64,000 nucleotides of DNA, taken from Flavobacteriales bacterium (GTDB lineage Bacteria; Bacteroidota; Bacteroidia; Flavobacteriales_F; PHOS-HE28). The position numbers were made by a program, and so were the translations under genes. Positions within the stretch are counted from its first letter, which is position 1. Each line of letters starts with the position of its first letter. The notes under the pieces are model-generated. The model worked only from the letters and a program-made list of their open reading frames with translations, was not told where the DNA came from and did no database searches. Below, one piece after another: positions 62,920 to 64,000 of the stretch. The DNA is taken from assembly GCA_020635695.1 (NCBI GenBank), contig JACJZH010000010.1:4211-68210 (forward strand), read 5' to 3'.

Positions 62920-63123
62920 TCAACCGCCCACCGAGAAGGTGATCTTGCAGTTGCAGCGGTACTCCTTGATCTTGCCGTCCTCCACGGTGGCGCTCTGCTC
63001 CTGGATGTAGACGGACTTGATGCCGCGAACGGTCTTCGTGGCCTCCGTCACGGCGTTCGCGGCGGCCTCCTCCCAGCTGTTCGGACTGCTGGCGAGGATC
63101 TCGATGACTTTCAGTATTCCCAT
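62920..63123 (-). CDS. dodecin family flavin-binding protein
   Basis: Start reset to ATG 63123. The 67-aa sequence is MGILKVIEILASSPNSWEEAAANAVTEATKTVRGIKSVYIQEQSATVEDGKIKEYRCNCKITFSV. Confidence 0.85.
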   Translation of the reverse strand: MGILKVIEILASSPNSWEEAAANAVTEATKTVRGIKSVYIQEQSATVEDGKIKEYRCNCKITFSVGG

Positions 63124-63134
63124 GGTCCGGATGC

Positions 63135-63395
63135 TTATTTGGTCGCGGCCCACTTGCGGATCTCGGTGCGGAACCACTCGTCCGCCTCATCGGTCCACTT
63201 GAACTTGTCGCGGATGTAGGCCATGGTGTCCTTCTCCACGTCCGTGTAGCTGTCACCATCCTTCACCGCGTTCAGCAGCTTGCCGGCATCGTCCATGGAG
63301 ATGCGTCCATCGCCACGGCCCTTGGTCAGTTCCTCGGCCATTTCAATGATGGCACCGTCGTACTGTTTTCCGTCGATCGTCTTGTAATATCCCAT
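63135..63395 (-). CDS. hypothetical small protein (86 aa)
   Basis: MGYYKTIDGKQYDGAIIEMAEELTKGRGDGRISMDDAGKLL... Composition is ordinary for a protein and codon usage matches the neighbours. I recognise no family. Confidence 0.65.
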   Translation of the reverse strand: MGYYKTIDGKQYDGAIIEMAEELTKGRGDGRISMDDAGKLLNAVKDGDSYTDVEKDTMAYIRDKFKWTDEADEWFRTEIRKWAATK

Positions 63396-63439
63396 GTCGG
63401 GTCAGTGTGGTTTTGGGGTTCGTGTTCGTGCTAAGTGGT

Positions 63440-63922
63440 TCATCCGAAGAGCTTGCCCAGGCCGCCCACCTTGTCGCCCAGACCGCCCAGCAGCCCTTTG
63501 CCGGCGTTTCCGAGCAGGCCGGCCAGCATGTCCTTGTTGCCACCGATCTTCTCGGTCAGGAAGGAGGTCAATACCGGCATCACCAGGTCCTTCACCGAGG
63601 CGGCCTTGCCGGCGTCCAGACCCACCTGACCGGTGAGCTTTCCGAGGTAATCGGTGCCCAGCTTGCCCAACAGCGCATCGGCTCCGGAGCTGTTGCTGCC
63701 CTTGCTGAACAGGCTGAGCGCATCGCTCACATCGAAGCCATCGCCACCGCCCACCACGTCCTTCACACTGTCGGCGGCCGCGTTGATGGCCCCATCGGCC
63801 TGGCCCTGGTCAAGACCCAGCTTGCCGATGAGGTCGCCTCCCACCTGGTCCTTCAGACCGTTGATCAATTGATCGAGCATTTCGTTGTTCGTTTGAGGTT
63901 CGTGCGTTGTGACGTCGGACAA
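63440..63922 (-). CDS. hypothetical Gly/Leu/Asp-rich protein (DUF937-like by eye)
   Basis: 160 aa, or 146 aa from ATG 63880 (MLDQLINGLKDQVGGDLIGKLGL). It contains repeated LGxxLG-type segments and ends GLGKLFG. Confidence 0.65.
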   Translation of the reverse strand: MSDVTTHEPQTNNEMLDQLINGLKDQVGGDLIGKLGLDQGQADGAINAAADSVKDVVGGGDGFDVSDALSLFSKGSNSSGADALLGKLGTDYLGKLTGQVGLDAGKAASVKDLVMPVLTSFLTEKIGGNKDMLAGLLGNAGKGLLGGLGDKVGGLGKLFG

Positions 63923-64000
63923 GTATACAGGTCACATGATCGGCGGACCTGAGGCTCCTCATCCATCCGGGAACCTACGGAGAGGGAGCGGTGTTCACCC

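Overview
This is a gene-dense, very GC-rich 64-kb segment with about 60 CDS on both strands. I assign it to a high-GC member of Bacteroidota on four grounds:
- Four proteins end in type IX secretion (T9SS) sorting domains.
- A PorP/SprF gene is translationally coupled to a SprB-like giant adhesin.
- Many starts are preceded by the Bacteroidota -7 promoter box TAnnTTTG.
- Two phylum-typical syntenies are present: bamD-rpoZ-coaBC-DUF4835-recN and parA-parB-DUF5683-dapB-lepB.

Most genes are housekeeping: mnmE, ndh, sucD, fabG, uvrB, ffh, folD, acs, nusB, yajC, coaE, fabI, recN, dapB, two lepB and parAB. I recognised no rRNA, tRNA, CRISPR array, transposase, integrase or phage gene.

The ORF track is dominated by GC-driven artefacts, both long antisense ORFs and 5'-extended ORFs. 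I reset about 25 start codons by eye and added three CDS missing from the track (1..432, 18207..18368, 18368..18628). Stop/start ATGA overlaps are pervasive.

I do not see a clear-cut, complete new multi-gene system. The best candidates for follow-up are:
1. An exported TPR/Ig protein with a cysteine-less caspase-like domain, 10 nt upstream of a beta-propeller sensor adenylate cyclase.
2. A recurrent AT-rich ATTTCCACAT direct-repeat element at two loci, and a heptad-repeat spacer between the lepB paralogues.
3. A perfect 20-bp palindrome filling the mnmE/ndh divergent spacer.
4. An RHH/PIN toxin-antitoxin pair split by a REP-like hairpin.
5. A HerA-like DUF853 ATPase coupled to a lipoprotein-type EEP nuclease.

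All family assignments are from reading the translations by eye. No HMM or BLAST search was possible.
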